Below, piece by piece: positions 13,069-26,150 of a DNA stretch of 64,000 nt. Position 1 is the stretch's first letter; each line of letters begins with the position of its first letter. The translations under genes were made by a program, and so were the position numbers. The notes beneath the pieces are model-generated. The model did not search any database and had not been told where the DNA came from. It saw nothing but the letters and a program-made list of their open reading frames with translations. Origin of the DNA: Raillietiella orientalis. Lineage: Eukaryota. Location: positions 2,046,001-2,110,000 of the forward strand of contig JAYWIR010000005.1 of the NCBI GenBank assembly GCA_036172245.1. Direction: 5' to 3'.

Positions 13069-14129
13069 GTGATCTGCTTCCATGTATCTGGCGCTTACAT
13101 GTTCTATTCGGAAATTCTGGTTTTGTTAATTGAATCACCTGATGGTCATGAACAGATATGCGTGCGCATTGAACTGATTAAATATATTCCATAATCCATG
13201 TCTGCTGTGATGAAATGTGTGTGAAACATAAACAAGATATGTGAACAAGTATTTAATTAAAGAGTATTGCACCTGCTTACTTCGTTCACCCTCGGTTGAA
13301 GTCACCAGCAGTCATCACAAATGCATCGAGATTTCCATACTCCTTTCGCTTTGCACGATATTCCCTGGTTTATAACAGCTGGTCACCTTGAAAACTGGTC
13401 ACACATATTGCAGAAATGAGAATAAGCTTTTGATTCCGGCAAGCTGTACCCTGAAACAGCTCAACTGAAAATTTTCCATCGACCACGGGCTCCACTCCTA
13501 AGTAACCGACTGCGTTCATTTTTCCTCTTGCTCTTTGACTCCGTTGAGGAGTCGCCCTGAAATCTTTTTGAAAAATTAAAACTGAACGCCTATAAGGATA
13601 CGTGAAAACTGTGGAACATTATTTTGCTCAAGAAAAAGAAGGAATTGAGCTTTGAAATTGAGTGAAATGCGAGCGCAGATTTTGGAAATATGCATCTGTC
13701 ATGGAACTTTTTCCAGGTCCTCATGTGGTAACAGTGTGGAGTTTCCCGAAGAGATTCTTTTATGGAAAAATAGCAGTTTATTAGGAAAATAAGCTACCTG
13801 AGTTTTGAGGATCAATTTTGAAATGAGCGTAAGGACTCCAAGTGTTTAACTTTGTTGCAGAAGCATAGATAAAACGAACGGCATCTTTTCAGGAATCCGA
13901 AATTTTATTCTCAGGAAAGAAACCTCATTCCACTATATCTACAATTTCGTTTCCAGAATTTGATTACTTTCTTAGGAACCTCAAACTCTACTGGAAGATT
14001 TCTAAAGAAAAAAAAAAAAAATTACTCACGAATGTTAATCTGGACTTTTCGTATATAGCTCCAAAAAAATGACGCAAGTAATCGCAAAAAAAATTCTCAA
14101 ACACCGCAGATCAGGTAAATTGAAGCCAG

Positions 14130-14736
14130 CTTACAATTTTCACGATGATGCAAGAAAATTCTGCTGAGCTTTGGTCAACTCCGATGGACGTACGAAACAT
14201 CGACGAGACCCCTTGTATAACACTGCGTTGCAGCTACTTGCCTCGAGTCTGCATACTCTACACCTCGTTTACATATCCAGTGCATTTCGACGCTAAAAGA
14301 TGTTCTTGGGAATCCTCCGACTGGCATGCTCAACGTCCTCAGGATCACGCACCTCAACGGTCTTCCAACGCCCTCAGGATTTAAAGGAAAGCCTTAGCTC
14401 TAAAGGCAGAATCCCAAACTGGATAAAATTAATAGAGACGGTGTGATACAGTGGAATCACTTTCTATTCCTTCAGGTTTTGGGGTCCGCCAGCAAGGATT
14501 CTATTGAATGACAGTAATGATGGGTAAATTGATTCTCGGCATCAGCATGAAATGGCCCATGGTCGAAAGCAAGTGAAAAAGGAATCATCGTAATCGTTTA
14601 CTCATTCCCGCAAATAGGTCATATGTAGGGAACATAAACTCGGTACGATCAGTGATTCTTTCGTTCACACGACCTTGATACTTGAGGCTCCGGAAACCGA
14701 TTTCCATGCCCCGTAGTTAGAAAGCTCCGAAGACAT
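14130..14736 (-). pseudogene. Decayed exon of a multi-pass membrane protein family (possibly gustatory/odorant receptor-like), paralog 1
   Basis: Nucleotide similarity to 20540-21104, including a shared acceptor context TTCAG|ATGTCTTC, and to ~53240-53820 (GGAGGATTCCCAAGA). Many stops. Confidence 0.3.
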
Positions 14737-15694
14737 CTGAAAGTCAAATTAGCAGACGGTGGTCACCAACTACCGCAACGCGCAAACAGCTTTAGTTTTT
14801 CTTCGACCTTTTGAAAGACGAGTAAATTGTCAGATTTTTGCTGAGGTTAAGAGGAATTCATCCAACAGAGGGTTTCCTGCTAGTCTCACTCCCTACTTCT
14901 GTTATGTGTTAAGTGTAGGAATGGGCACGGCAACAGGATGGAGCAGGGGAAACGATCCTCTTGATGAAAAAAATGAGCCTCCTCATCATGCACCATGGAA
15001 GATTCAAAGAAGTGTATTCCCTCGCTGCAGGTCCAATGCCTCGATCAAGGTGTTACCCGAGAAACCTTCGCCATTGCCGTGTGCTCCTGAAATGAAAGTA
15101 CTGTACCGAGGTTCTGTTCTGAAACGTGGGGCATTTCGAAGGCAGAGGACGAGTTTGCTGAATCTATCACCATGCTGATTCCTGGAGCACTCTCACAGCA
15201 TTCTGAAATTAGTTCTCCAGCTACACATCTGGTTGTCTCTTTCTTTTTTTGGCATCGATTTATCTTGGGGTGGAGTAAATAATTGGTTATTAATGAAATT
15301 GTGTGTGGACTCTGGGGGGGGGGTACTTGTCTGCAAACTGGATTCGCGTTAAAATTCATTTTCAGGTCAAGGTCATCAACTCTGATGAACTGAATTCGTC
15401 CGAAAAAGCAATTTCTATCTCGTGAAATTAGAAGCAGCGTGCGAGCACATTTTCTTGCATCACATTTAGACTCGAATTCAATCTAAGTTTTAATAATTCA
15501 CCTTCCTCCTAGAGGAAAATCTAAATTCTGTGTATACATATATATGTATATATAGTGAGAGAGCGACAGAAATGTGAACAAATGCTCACCATATGTTCTA
15601 TAGAGAGAATATATGAGAGAAGATGAAGACTAATAGAGAGGAGAGATAGCTGAATAGAGGATTGGTAAGCTGTTTACTATTTTAGCAAGATGGC

Positions 15695-15714
15695 TTAGGT
15701 TAGGTAAGGCTAGG
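15695..15714 (+). repeat. Short degenerate (TTAGG)n tract
   Basis: TTAGG TTAGG TAAGG CTAGG; TTAGG is the arthropod-type telomeric unit. Confidence 0.5.
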
Positions 15715-16140
15715 TTCCTAAAAGAAATAATGAGTTTTTCTTCGCCTTTATGGTCACTCCGTAATGTCTGTTTTCTCAGCTGACATTTTCCTTCAGAGTG
15801 AGGTCAGCTGTCCTTTCTCTACTTCGGGCTTTGTGATTTCCGCCAGTTCCCTCCGCTTCAATCTGTCGCGGTTATCTCAACACCAGCGGCCTGCAATTCC
15901 CAATCTCATTCCCTCTTGAAAACTCGTGAAATTTCGTTTTCCTGGTTGCGCCGATCTCGGCATTCCTGGAGTGAATAATTGATAGGGCATCTCTCGAAAC
16001 GCATTTCTTGCATTTTCCCTACGGTTTTTCCCTTTCTTTCTGTACGGAGGAAAGCATCCCTACGTGGAATCCTTCAGCCGCAATCCCAGCAGCAGGCACT
16101 ATCGCCTTTCCAAATTTTCCACTTGACTCAGAAGTTTTTC

Positions 16141-18700
16141 TCCTGGTCACGCCCGGGGGTGTTTAATTAATAAAAAATAAAGCAGTTGGTTACACGCAGC
16201 TCCCAACCAAGGACAAAAGAAATTAAAGAGGAGGATCCACCGACACGAAGGTCGAGACAATTAAAAATAGGGAACAGAAGGGAGGGAACGACACATAAAT
16301 ACAAAAATATGAGAGGGATAGGGAAAGGGTCTTTGGTTTGCTCCTTTCTGGAAAGAAGAAAAATAACCACGAAAAGTTCGGAATGGGTGGAAGGGGACAA
16401 TAAATAAATAAATGAGTGATGGGTGGGGCAGAGGTTACTGGGTTACTGGCCTCTGCCATTCCTTTGCTTCAAGACCGGCACTGGATGCAGACGATCTCCA
16501 CTTCCTCCTACAAGTGAGGCCACTCGCAGCCCTGGTCATGTAGAGGCTGCTACGCGAGTGACCCATTTCGCTGCTCCTAAGCCTTGCAGACTCCGCTGCA
16601 CTTTAGTCTGCAAGACTTGGAGGGCCGTGACTGCGACGCGGACGCAGAGAACCGTCGCCATCACTGCACCACCCGAGAGACTCCGCACCGCGCGCGAAGA
16701 ACCGCCTCAGCAGGTCACGAGCGGTGTCTTCCCGTCTCTGGAGCGCCGAAGTCAGCCTTCTCCACAGTTCGTTGGGGCGCCGCAGTCAGAAAACAGGCGA
16801 TGGGCGGCAGAGTCAATGCCGCACCTGACCCACATAGTTTGGGGATGCAACCCTTCCGAAGGAGATGTGCCAGCGCTGATTACACTAAAATCTCCGCAGT
16901 GCAGGAGCAGCAGAGCATCCTGCTTCCAGCTTAAGGGGAATATGGAAGTGTTCAAAGACAAGGGAGAGATTACGAGTTCTTCCGGGGACACACTTGACAG
17001 GTCGGATCACCGACGTAGTCACTTTGCCTGCGGCCGAAAAGTGGCACCAACTCGCTCGTTGTCCGGCAGCTAGAGGTTTGGTCACACATACAGTGGAGCA
17101 GAACTCCCACCTCGCAGGTAGCTACTATTGTCACTTGCCTGAAGGGCAGAAGTGTTGCGGCAAGGAATGTGGCGACCAAGATCCCGGAGACGAAGTGCCA
17201 GCGCTGAGTGCATTGGAATCCCCGATGCAGAAACTTCAGCACGTTGTCTTTCCATTTAAGCGAGAGCACCCCCCAATTAACGAACACGAGAGCATTCTGT
17301 CTCCAGCTTAAGAGGGAACACCGACGTGTCCCAGCATGACAGAGGGACCACGAGTTTGGGAGGAGCATTCAGAATTGAATCCACCGACGTAGCCCCATCG
17401 CCATGGTACTCGAGGTGGCATCATCGACCCTAACTCGCGAGTTTTCCAGCCTCCAAGGAATTTCGTCTTTCCAGCAGTGGTGCAGGCGGGCAGAGGAAAG
17501 CTCCCACCCTGCTACTATACAACTGTCATCGTTTGCCCTCAGAGCAGACAGCTCTCATCAAGAGGTGTGGCGGCCAGACTTCGAATCCTGAAGAACATCT
17601 CCCATTAGAAAATCCTTGAAGGAGCTCAAGTGTTCAATATTGCTAGGCTGCTCCCAAAGGTCCAGGACACAACCACCTCTTGCTTCTAGGCATTCAGATT
17701 CAATTGGGTGGCAAGAGACCCACGGATGGGCTTTCGTAAGCGAGGCGAGTTGCCTCAGCGGGAAGTCAAATCTCCACATCCTGCATCAGCAGCTCGGTAG
17801 CAGCAATCAAGGCCCTTCGCTACGGACTGGCTGCTCATGCAGTGGTAGAGGGAAACTACCACCCCGCCAGTTGGCAGCTGGTGTCTGTTCCGAGGGTTGA
17901 CAGCTCTGCGGCAAGGGGTGTGCTGAGGTGCAACACGATAAATATGGTGGAAGCCATTGAGAGAAGCAAGAGGATTGATGCAAAGCGTCTACGGTGGCAA
18001 AGAGATTTTCCACCTGGCCATGCCAAGGCTTTTACTTAATAGAAAATAAACCAGTTGGGAACAGAATTCCCAACCGATGGAAGTCAGAAGCAAGGGAGGG
18101 ATCACAGGTTTCTCGGGACGATACTGATGAAGCTCACTTCGCTGAAGGAGTCCCTTGCCAGGGGCAGAGCCGTTCACCAGATCACTCTTGGCCCAGTAGC
18201 TTTAAAAGTTTCGTCTTCTTTGTGATGGTGCGGGAAGATGGTGAAGAAAAACTCCCGCCCCGTCAATAGACAGCTGTCGTCGCTTGCCCTGAGGACAGAC
18301 AGCGCTGCGTCAAGAGGGGTGACTTCCAGGCTTTCCAACTTCTCCCAGTCCTGCAGTACCTTCAGTAGACCTAAAGGATGGCTGAGGAAGAGTAGCAGGA
18401 GACAAGCCCCACAGGACCACATGAAAAGCAGCCCAGGACACGAGTGCCTCCTGCGAGTAGTGAAGTTCAGAGGGAGGTCGGAAACCCACTGATGGGCTTC
18501 CAGAAGGGAGAGAGTTGTCTCACGGTGGAGCCGAATCGCCGCATCCTGTGAAGGAAGCCCAGCATCCTGCTCGCGTTGCTGCTGCCTTCTCTGCCGACGC
18601 ATCGCCGAAGGACGAGGCGCTCACAGCTTGGCACAGAACACTTGGAACTGCACTTGCTGTCCGATTCTCGCCAGCGCCGGGATGCCATTTCGACGCGGAC
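16141..18700 (-). mobile_element. Several tandem 3' fragments of the L1/Tx1-like LINE (second subfamily)
   Basis: Terminal motif (reverse complement) at 16141-16168. LPLSWKQDALLLLH, FLHRGFQCTQRWHFVSG and AALSVLRASDDSC are homologous to the 31726-32742 ORF, and the C-terminal region is present more than once. Confidence 0.7.
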
Positions 18701-20539
18701 CCCTCAAGTCTTTGAGAAGGATCCTGGACCTCAACAGAGAGTTCCTCAACAGAGGTTGATCACGGAGCTTAGCCAAGCAGGGGGGAGAACGAACAAAAAA
18801 ACAGGGGATGGAGGAGGAGAGCTAGAAGGCGGGACAGAGGAAAGAGGTGACAATGTGCCATTCTTTCTCTGCACGCCAGATCGTGCAAGAGGCACTTCTG
18901 GAGAACACGAGCAAAGTTGGGAAGACTCTCTCACAGATCCCATGTGTGCCAGATTCGAAGATTCCGCAAATGAGGATTGCATCCCAGCTATGTGGAGTGG
19001 ATCCTGGTCACAGGAAAAAGGTGAGATTGAATCGCGGGCTTGAATTTCAGCAAACAGGAGTTTCCAGAGGACAACGGAGCACCGACTTCCATCATCGATC
19101 AACCCGACTTTTGCAGGTAAGGCGTCCATGCCCTCACTGTGATTCGTGTGGTGGCACCGATTCCACGCCAAGAAGGAAACCAGTCTTGCGGTGACCTCGT
19201 TCTTTATGAAACACTCAGAAAACCGATGAACCGAGCGAACACTTTCCGCTTGAAAAAAAATCATTTTTCCTCCCAGTTACGGAATCAAAGGTTCCCTCAA
19301 TGGACACTGTCTTGACCGGTCTCGCCTTGCTACGAACACAGGGCTCCTGGAATCCAGCGACCTTATGGCTTATCCTGCGACCTTATTGAAGTCTGACCTT
19401 ATGGCTGTTTTGATTGTAGTTGGCTTCACCACAAATCGGATCGCTTCCTCTGACAGCCGAAAACACCAAGGGGGATTGCTGCAGTCTTATCCAGGGTGCA
19501 CAATGCAAAGCTTTCTCGACAGAAGAGCGTCCCATGTAAATAGTCACGTGGTCTCCTGCATTTGCGTGGATCCCCACGTTCATTTCGAGCGCCAGCTTCC
19601 TTCAGAAATCTCGGAAATCCATCAGAGGGCTGCCGTGAAGGACGCAATTCAAAAGAACATTCAGGAAGCTTTCGTCTGATCCACATCGGTCCATCCGAGA
19701 AATTTCCAAGCGGAACGAGCTCGCATCCACCGGTCATTTAAGAGCGGTTTACCTGCTTCTGCATGGATGTGTCTGCAAGTGGAGAGACTTTTGTTCGTTC
19801 AGTTTTTATCTTTTTTTGCCTTCACCTCCCCTAAGGCCGTTTCCGCTTGGGCTCCGAAAGATGATCCTAGTAGTCTAGGTATTCTCTATGGTCTCGGCTC
19901 ATGAGCTTTCAGCAGACAAAGCGACGTGAAAAGTGCGACCACTGTGCACCAGCAGTGTTAGTTCAGTCTTGCACGCTTTGCTGACTCTAGTGCAGTTTCC
20001 AGTCCGCCATGCTCGGCTCTTTTCGCTTTGTCGTTCACATACCATGAACGTGAGTTTTCCATGCTTTCCTTCCGCCGCACTGTTTTTCCTGCTTATCCTT
20101 AAGGTGTGGGAATTCTGTGGAACACTTTGCAGATTCTCGGCTTTTTTTTTCCGGTCTGAATCTCGTCCCGTTACCTTGCAGCGGAAGTTCCATTGCTTTG
20201 TGCCCTTGCCCCTTGCCCACCGATGGCGGCTAGCTCGAAGCTTCCGCACGTGCCCGCGACAGCGCGCTTGTTCCGCTCGCAAATCTTTAATTTACTTATT
20301 CCCATTCCGTCCCATAAACTTAATTTTTCGGCACAGTCATTTCACAAAAGAAATGCAGTGCACGTGAGGTTGATCAATGAGCATTAACGTTTTTATTTTT
20401 TTCTTCCGAGTTCAAGGCACTGTCACGTGTCTTCTAATGAAAGATTTCGAGCTGCGACCGCAGTGAGAATTAGACCAGATCGCCCAACTGCATTCGAGGA
20501 TCAATGACACAAACGAAACACGTGCTTGGAACAGATACC

Positions 20540-21104
20540 TGCACCGATATGTGTGATCAGAACGGGCTAAGGGTGGCGTGCTTAGAAGACTGGGAAACGA
20601 GAGAAGGCAAAGACATCTGCACTCTTTCATAGCTTGGAAATTGATTGGGACCTTGAGCAGTCCTGCGTGAAGTGCAAGATTTCGCATGATAGCAGGTAGT
20701 GCAACGTGACCTCTTAATGGAAGCTCTTGAGAGCTCGCTTCATTATCTGCTGCATCATTGTCCTAAAGATGAAGTGACCACCATGAGCAGAAACAAAGAG
20801 ACAATTATTGCTTGCGGTTACCGCACGGATAACAAGTCGCGCATTTCAAACCAAGAAGACGACGCCACCAAGAATTCAAGGACACCAACGACGAATAAAT
20901 TGGCTCTCAGCACCAGCATAGAATAGTCCATGATCAAAGACAAGTCAAAGAGGAATCATCACATTCATCCACTCGGAATAGCAAATAGGTAGGGAACATA
21001 AACAAACTCTGTGCGATCAGTGATTTTCTCTCTCGCATGAGTCTTGAGTCTCGAGAAACAAGCTCTCATGCCGTCCGGTTAGAAAGGCTCGAAGAGGAAG
21101 ACAT
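20540..21104 (-). pseudogene. Decayed exon of a multi-pass membrane protein family (possibly gustatory/odorant receptor-like), paralog 2
   Basis: Hydrophobic stretches (LFVVGVLEFLV, IIVSLFLLMVV) followed by LALHAGLLKVPINFQAM..SFPSLLS. Flanked by AG and GT; contains in-frame stops. Confidence 0.35.
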
Positions 21105-21214
21105 CTGAATGAGGAGATAGAAAGCTAAACCCAAAGATAAACTCCGAGTTCCTGTTCACTCATGAACTTTCTACAGATGAAAAACGGATCAGGTACCACC
21201 GCAGCCACACGGAA

Positions 21215-22302
21215 GCGTTGGCGGCCGCGTGGTGCTGCAGTGCTTGCGCGCGGTACCAAGCATTGAGGGTTCGAATCCCCGCGTCGAGGGCCGACTCCGA
21301 GAACGGGGGATTCGTTGTGGATTTCGAGTCCCCATGCAGAACGACACTGGTCGGCCTGTAGACTACGAATGCAGCTCTGGCGAAAGCCGGGAAACGGATG
21401 CCCTCGCTGACTGGCCGGGATTGGAAGTCGACTCTCATGGGTCCTCCCAAAAGTGAGGGAGCCGGTTCTCTTCGGGTTCCCCTTCTTAGGGAGACCTTCC
21501 ATCCCGTCCCATGGAGCTGGTTGTCATTCCCCTAGGTGTCTGCTTCCCCAGAGGGTTCAGATGAGCACTGCTTCCTTTGGGAAGCTCCCTTTACGGAAAT
21601 TTGGAGGCACCCTTTCAAGGTTCTCTTCAGAGGAGGGAACAAGGAGCGGTTCCCATGCAGATACCCTCCGGAAAAGAAATGTGGAACGGGATGCGGAAGG
21701 GGGTTCCCGTTCCTGCAGCTGGAAACCCCCTTTCGCATCCCGCTCCCTTGAGGAGGCGTGTTAGGGTAGTACGTGGACACGAGGAACGCACGCCTGCACA
21801 TTCGCCGTGCGTTCTCTGTGTTCCCTCTCTCCCTGGAGAGGGAGGAAGCCTGAGTGAAAAAGGCAGTCGAAGCCATCTGTCCCAGGATCCTGCCTGGAGA
21901 AAATGCTCCCGATCCCTTGTTGGGCCCGGCGTGGGAGTCACCTCCCTAAAACTTGTTGCTTCCTCTGGGAAATTCCTCTGGAAAGCATAAGGAAGGGTTC
22001 CCCTTCGTATTCCCCTTCGAAGACAACGGGAGGGTTTCCTTCGAGGTTCCTTTACCAAACGTAAGAGAAACGGACTCCTTCCTCCGGAGCCTTCCTGGAT
22101 TCTATAGGGTGGTCCATGCTGGGTGACCCTCGAACTTGAAGTCACACGATCCTTAGGGAGGAGTAGACAGTGTTGAAAGAGCTTCGTGACTCCCTAGAAT
22201 AACTGTTCATCAGCACTTGGCAAACCAAAAAAGAAAAAAAAAAAAGAAGAAAAGCTGGAAGAAAAACAGGGAATCGAAAGACCCAAAAAGGTTTTGATCG
22301 TC
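21215..22302 (+). mobile_element. tRNA-headed SINE-like repeat, diverged full-length copy
   Basis: GGCCGCGTGG...GGTTCGAATCCC, a second box GATTTCGAGTCC, the shared body, and the tail CTTGGCAAACC-A(n)...GGTTTTGATCG. Confidence 0.7.
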
Positions 22303-24051
22303 ATCTTGGATTAAACCAGTCTTATGATTCATATCGATTTTTATATGTTTCTCCAAAATGGTAGGAAAAACTTTCCTTGCGATTTCTTTTCGAAAAGAGT
22401 GCTCGCGAAGTCACGGCGGCCTGCAGGAAGGAACAGAGCTGCAGTTTCTGGTCCAGAGTTCTGACACCGTGTTTACAAGAATTTGCCAAAGACTGCGTCA
22501 GCTGGAAGGCAAACAGCTAACTGATTTGCTCGATCGCAGGTTTCCTAAGTCAAGTTTGCTCTCAGTTCTTTTCTAGGACAGGCATGAATAAGGACATTAA
22601 AGATGATGGTTGTTTCTTTTGGTAGATGACACTGACCATGCTGAGCAATCTGGAGCATTCGTGACTATGAGCGTCTTATGAAAACTCTGCTCCAGTCAGG
22701 TGCATGAACTTTTCAAGAGTCCAAAACAGAGCACAGTGATTCTTGCTGCTCCTTTCTCTGAGGTCGATCAATGTCCATGACTTGGATGCTCATGAAGCCA
22801 CAACCTACCCATTGTCAAAATTGCTAGTTCAGAGTCGAGACAGAAGGAGGTAGAGTGATGTACCTTGAAAACTTTTGTGGGAAGCTTCTGGATTAAGACG
22901 CGATAGTGGAGCAAAAGAACTTACTAAGTATGCATAAGAGGATGCCGAAGTTGATAATGTTGATGGCAAAGAATGAGCACTACTCTTTATCCTATGTAAT
23001 CCCTCAGTTCAAAGGAGAAGGAAGTTCGACTAAAAAGATTGCAATTTCGCTCAATATCTGTTTCCATAGAGAGATTTTTTTTTTCCCTCTGATAAATAGT
23101 CAGGGCACCGTGGAAATCTCATGGTATCTCATGGTAACAGGCACCCTGAAGTTTCTTTGCTGAGAACTCACCTTTGCTTCTTCCAGCACTGCAAAGAATC
23201 ACAAGGCAATGACACTAAAAGATCACTGAAATTGAAAGACACACATTTTATGAGTGGAATGTACTACTAGAGCATGCAATGATGTGGTCATTCCGCAATG
23301 GTAGATGGAGTGTGCCCTCACGAGGTCGAACGGATCACATCGCCTCATATCTGCTGAACGTGAGGCACGACTGTTCCCCCAAAACTTAGCGACTGAAACT
23401 GCATTCATTTATTAGTCTTTCAGCCCCATTTTCAACGGCACAGGATCTCTCACCTATAGAACGGCCTTCTTGGTTCCATCATATGAGTCAACTGATTTGT
23501 TCACCCATAAATTCCAGATTTCATAACCAGTCACTCATTGCTTGGCAGGACTTCTTTGCCTGATCAGTAGCCTGTAAGGTAACGCAGGAGTCTTTGATTC
23601 AGCAGGATTCGATCAAAGAGCATGCTTCCCTGAGCTTTGTTCATTCTTCTTCCTTTTAGATCTCTGGTGATAAAGATGACACATCTTTTGAGTTCCTGAT
23701 TTGCCGCAGGGGACGTTTCTGAGGATTTCCCACTTGATCTCCAGCCTCAAGTCATCCAAGTTCAGCCGGCTCTGAACTGCCCAGGGAACTCTCTGCAAGA
23801 ACAGCTCCAATCTATAGGTTAGACAAAATGGCTTCTCTATTGCTTTGATCTCCTTGACAACTCTTACATCATGATGTGAAGTTCATTTAGAGCTCTCACA
23901 TCAAGATCTCACACAGACATTGTACCATACTGATCTAGAGTGAACGTCACACATCCTGCCCTGCAGAGTTGTCTGCCTTTCGGGCAAGCAATGACAGCTT
24001 CCCGCCGGCAGTAGAGTCTACTCCTGAGCTGTTGCGGAAGTTTTCATCGAG

Positions 24052-24610
24052 TCACGACGGGAAGTTTATTCTATAGAAAAGAAAAAAAAACAGTTGAGAA
24101 CACGCAGTTTCCAACCGACGACGAAAGACGTTCGTGGAGGGTCTACCGACACGCAGGTCGGGGTATCGAAAAGTTTGAGACGAGAGAGGGGAGGGAAGAC
24201 AACACAAAAAAATGAGGAAATTCAGGGAGAAGACAGAGGTCTTGGGGTCCGCTCGGAATGCAGCGAGATCAATGTACAAGAACCGAAGAAATTACCGAGC
24301 GAAAGAAAGTGGAGAATGAGAAAGCAAAATAAAATGAAGGGGGGCTAGGAACAGGGATCACCAGTGTACGCCGTTCCTTACTTTCAAAACCGACGCTGGA
24401 TGCCGGCTATCTCTTCCTTGTCTTCCCCTTGTAGGTGAGGCCACCATGCAGACGTCCTCATACAGGTGGCTGCCATCCTGGTGACTTCCCTTCGCTGAAT
24501 GACCATCTTTAGCACGTTGCAGGCCGTGACGATGGCACCCATGCAACCGATGGTTGTTATCACCGCGCCGTGTAGGTCGGACGTGCATCTGCGCGCTCCA
24601 CGAGGTGAAT
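24052..24610 (-). mobile_element. LINE 3' end fragment (second subfamily)
   Basis: 3' UTR and C-terminus align with 16141-16710 (e.g. CCGACACG, GTGAGGCCAC). Confidence 0.65.
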
Positions 24611-24763
24611 AACCTGTGCAGTGTGTGGTAGTGTTTGGCGGCTGCCCGATGGCCTCGGAACCTAACTGGCCAGCTGCGACCTCCCTAGGGGGGGCAGAAG
24701 TCTCACCACTCGGCTGTCCCCTCCAAAGAAGAGTCGTCTTCCCCCAGTGGGAAGACCTGGAGC

Positions 24764-25036
24764 ATGGTGGCGTGCATTACCGTCCGCGAAGGGGAAACGC
24801 TACCCCAAAGATTGGACGTCGACGGGGAACCCGTCGACGTCTGGTACGAGGGGAAGTCCCTTGTGTGCGCCCACTGTGGCAAATCGCGGCACCGGAAGAG
24901 AGAGTGCCCCGACATGGAGTGCTACCGTTGCGGCGCGAAGGGACACATCCAGTGCGTGTGCCCCTCTTATGGCCGCCATCCTGTCAAACATACGTCGGTC
25001 ACAAAGAAGAAAAAAGGAGCAAAAACAAAAACATAA
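24764..25036 (+). pseudogene. LINE ORF1 fragment with two gag-like CCHC zinc knuckles
   Basis: CAHCGKSRHRKREC and CYRCGAKGHIQCVC. Confidence 0.85.
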
Positions 25037-26150
25037 AAATAAAAAGAATAGAAAAATATATAAGAAGAACCGAGCGGTCGCAACCGATTCTGGAAGGTGA
25101 CCCGCAACCAACGGCATCCACCACACCTGCACCTGCGGCAAGCAGCCATGTAGAAGCCGATGAGGGGGAAGAAGAAGCAGGCTGGGTGCAGGTCACCTAT
25201 AGGAAAAAACAAAAAGTGGAAAAAAGCAAGGGGAAGAAACTGCAGATCGCTCGCGAAGTCATTCCATGACTCGCGAAAATAAAGAGTGGTAGCTGCGGCT
25301 CAGTGCACCGTCCCACCTCCTACGGAGAGTGACAAGGTCGCACCACCCTTGACCGAAAGCACGGTAGACGGGACCTGCAACATGCAGGTCGTCAAGGTTA
25401 CTGACCTCGACGGCGCACCATCAGCGGGGCCTAGCGGCAGTCCTGAAAACCTCCTGCAGCCTCTGGAAAGCTCCTCAGCGTCATGACGCGCGCAGCCGCG
25501 AGAGGCGCTCGGGACGCTATAAGCGGTCCCACAGAAAGAATCGCTCTGCCCGACCTCCGAAGTAGAGGCGAACGCGGAACTGGCGCCTCTCGTACAGGGA
25601 CCACGCCACACGTCCTCACGCCATGCCGAAGGGGTCCACAGGGAAGTATCCCTGCTAGGAAAGAACGACGCTGGCTCCTCTGGGTCAGCCCAGAGAAGAT
25701 GGAGGAAGGCTCACGGGACTTCTTCGTGGTGACAGTCCCTTTCCGCCGCAAGGTGAGGAGGGCATAGGGCGCGCCACGGAAGTTCGATGAATGCCTTCCC
25801 CCAGCGGGAACGTGCCCCCTGCAAGCCAGAAGGGGGCCGCACTACCAGATTCCCAGCAGTAATACTCTAGTCGCGTCCTCTCGTCGCTTGAGCGTAGCCG
25901 TTTGGAACGGGAACGGCCTGCGCGACCTCGAAAAAAGACGCGACAAAGCCGACTCCCTACGAAACTTCGACTTGATCCTCCCACGATCCTCCAAGAGATC
26001 CACGTGATCTCTGACGAGGATGCCACCGACTTCGAACGGATCGCGGGCGGAAAGCTGCATTGACAGTGTGGCACCCATAAATCGAAAGGGCGGCCTTCCT
26101 GTTGGAGCCAGCCATCATGTGCGCGGTGCATAGCGTACGGTTCGACGTTG

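Noticed and set aside
21215..21290. tRNA gene (GGTTCGAATCCC); similar sites at 2325, 12176, 50560 and 62833
   Set aside because: No convincing cloverleaf, and each site is the head of the same dispersed repeat.
22865..23055. Class A GPCR TM6-TM7-like fragment on the minus strand (IAIFLVELP..INFGILLCILSKFF)
   Set aside because: Short, full of stops, and the resemblance is too weak to call without a profile search.
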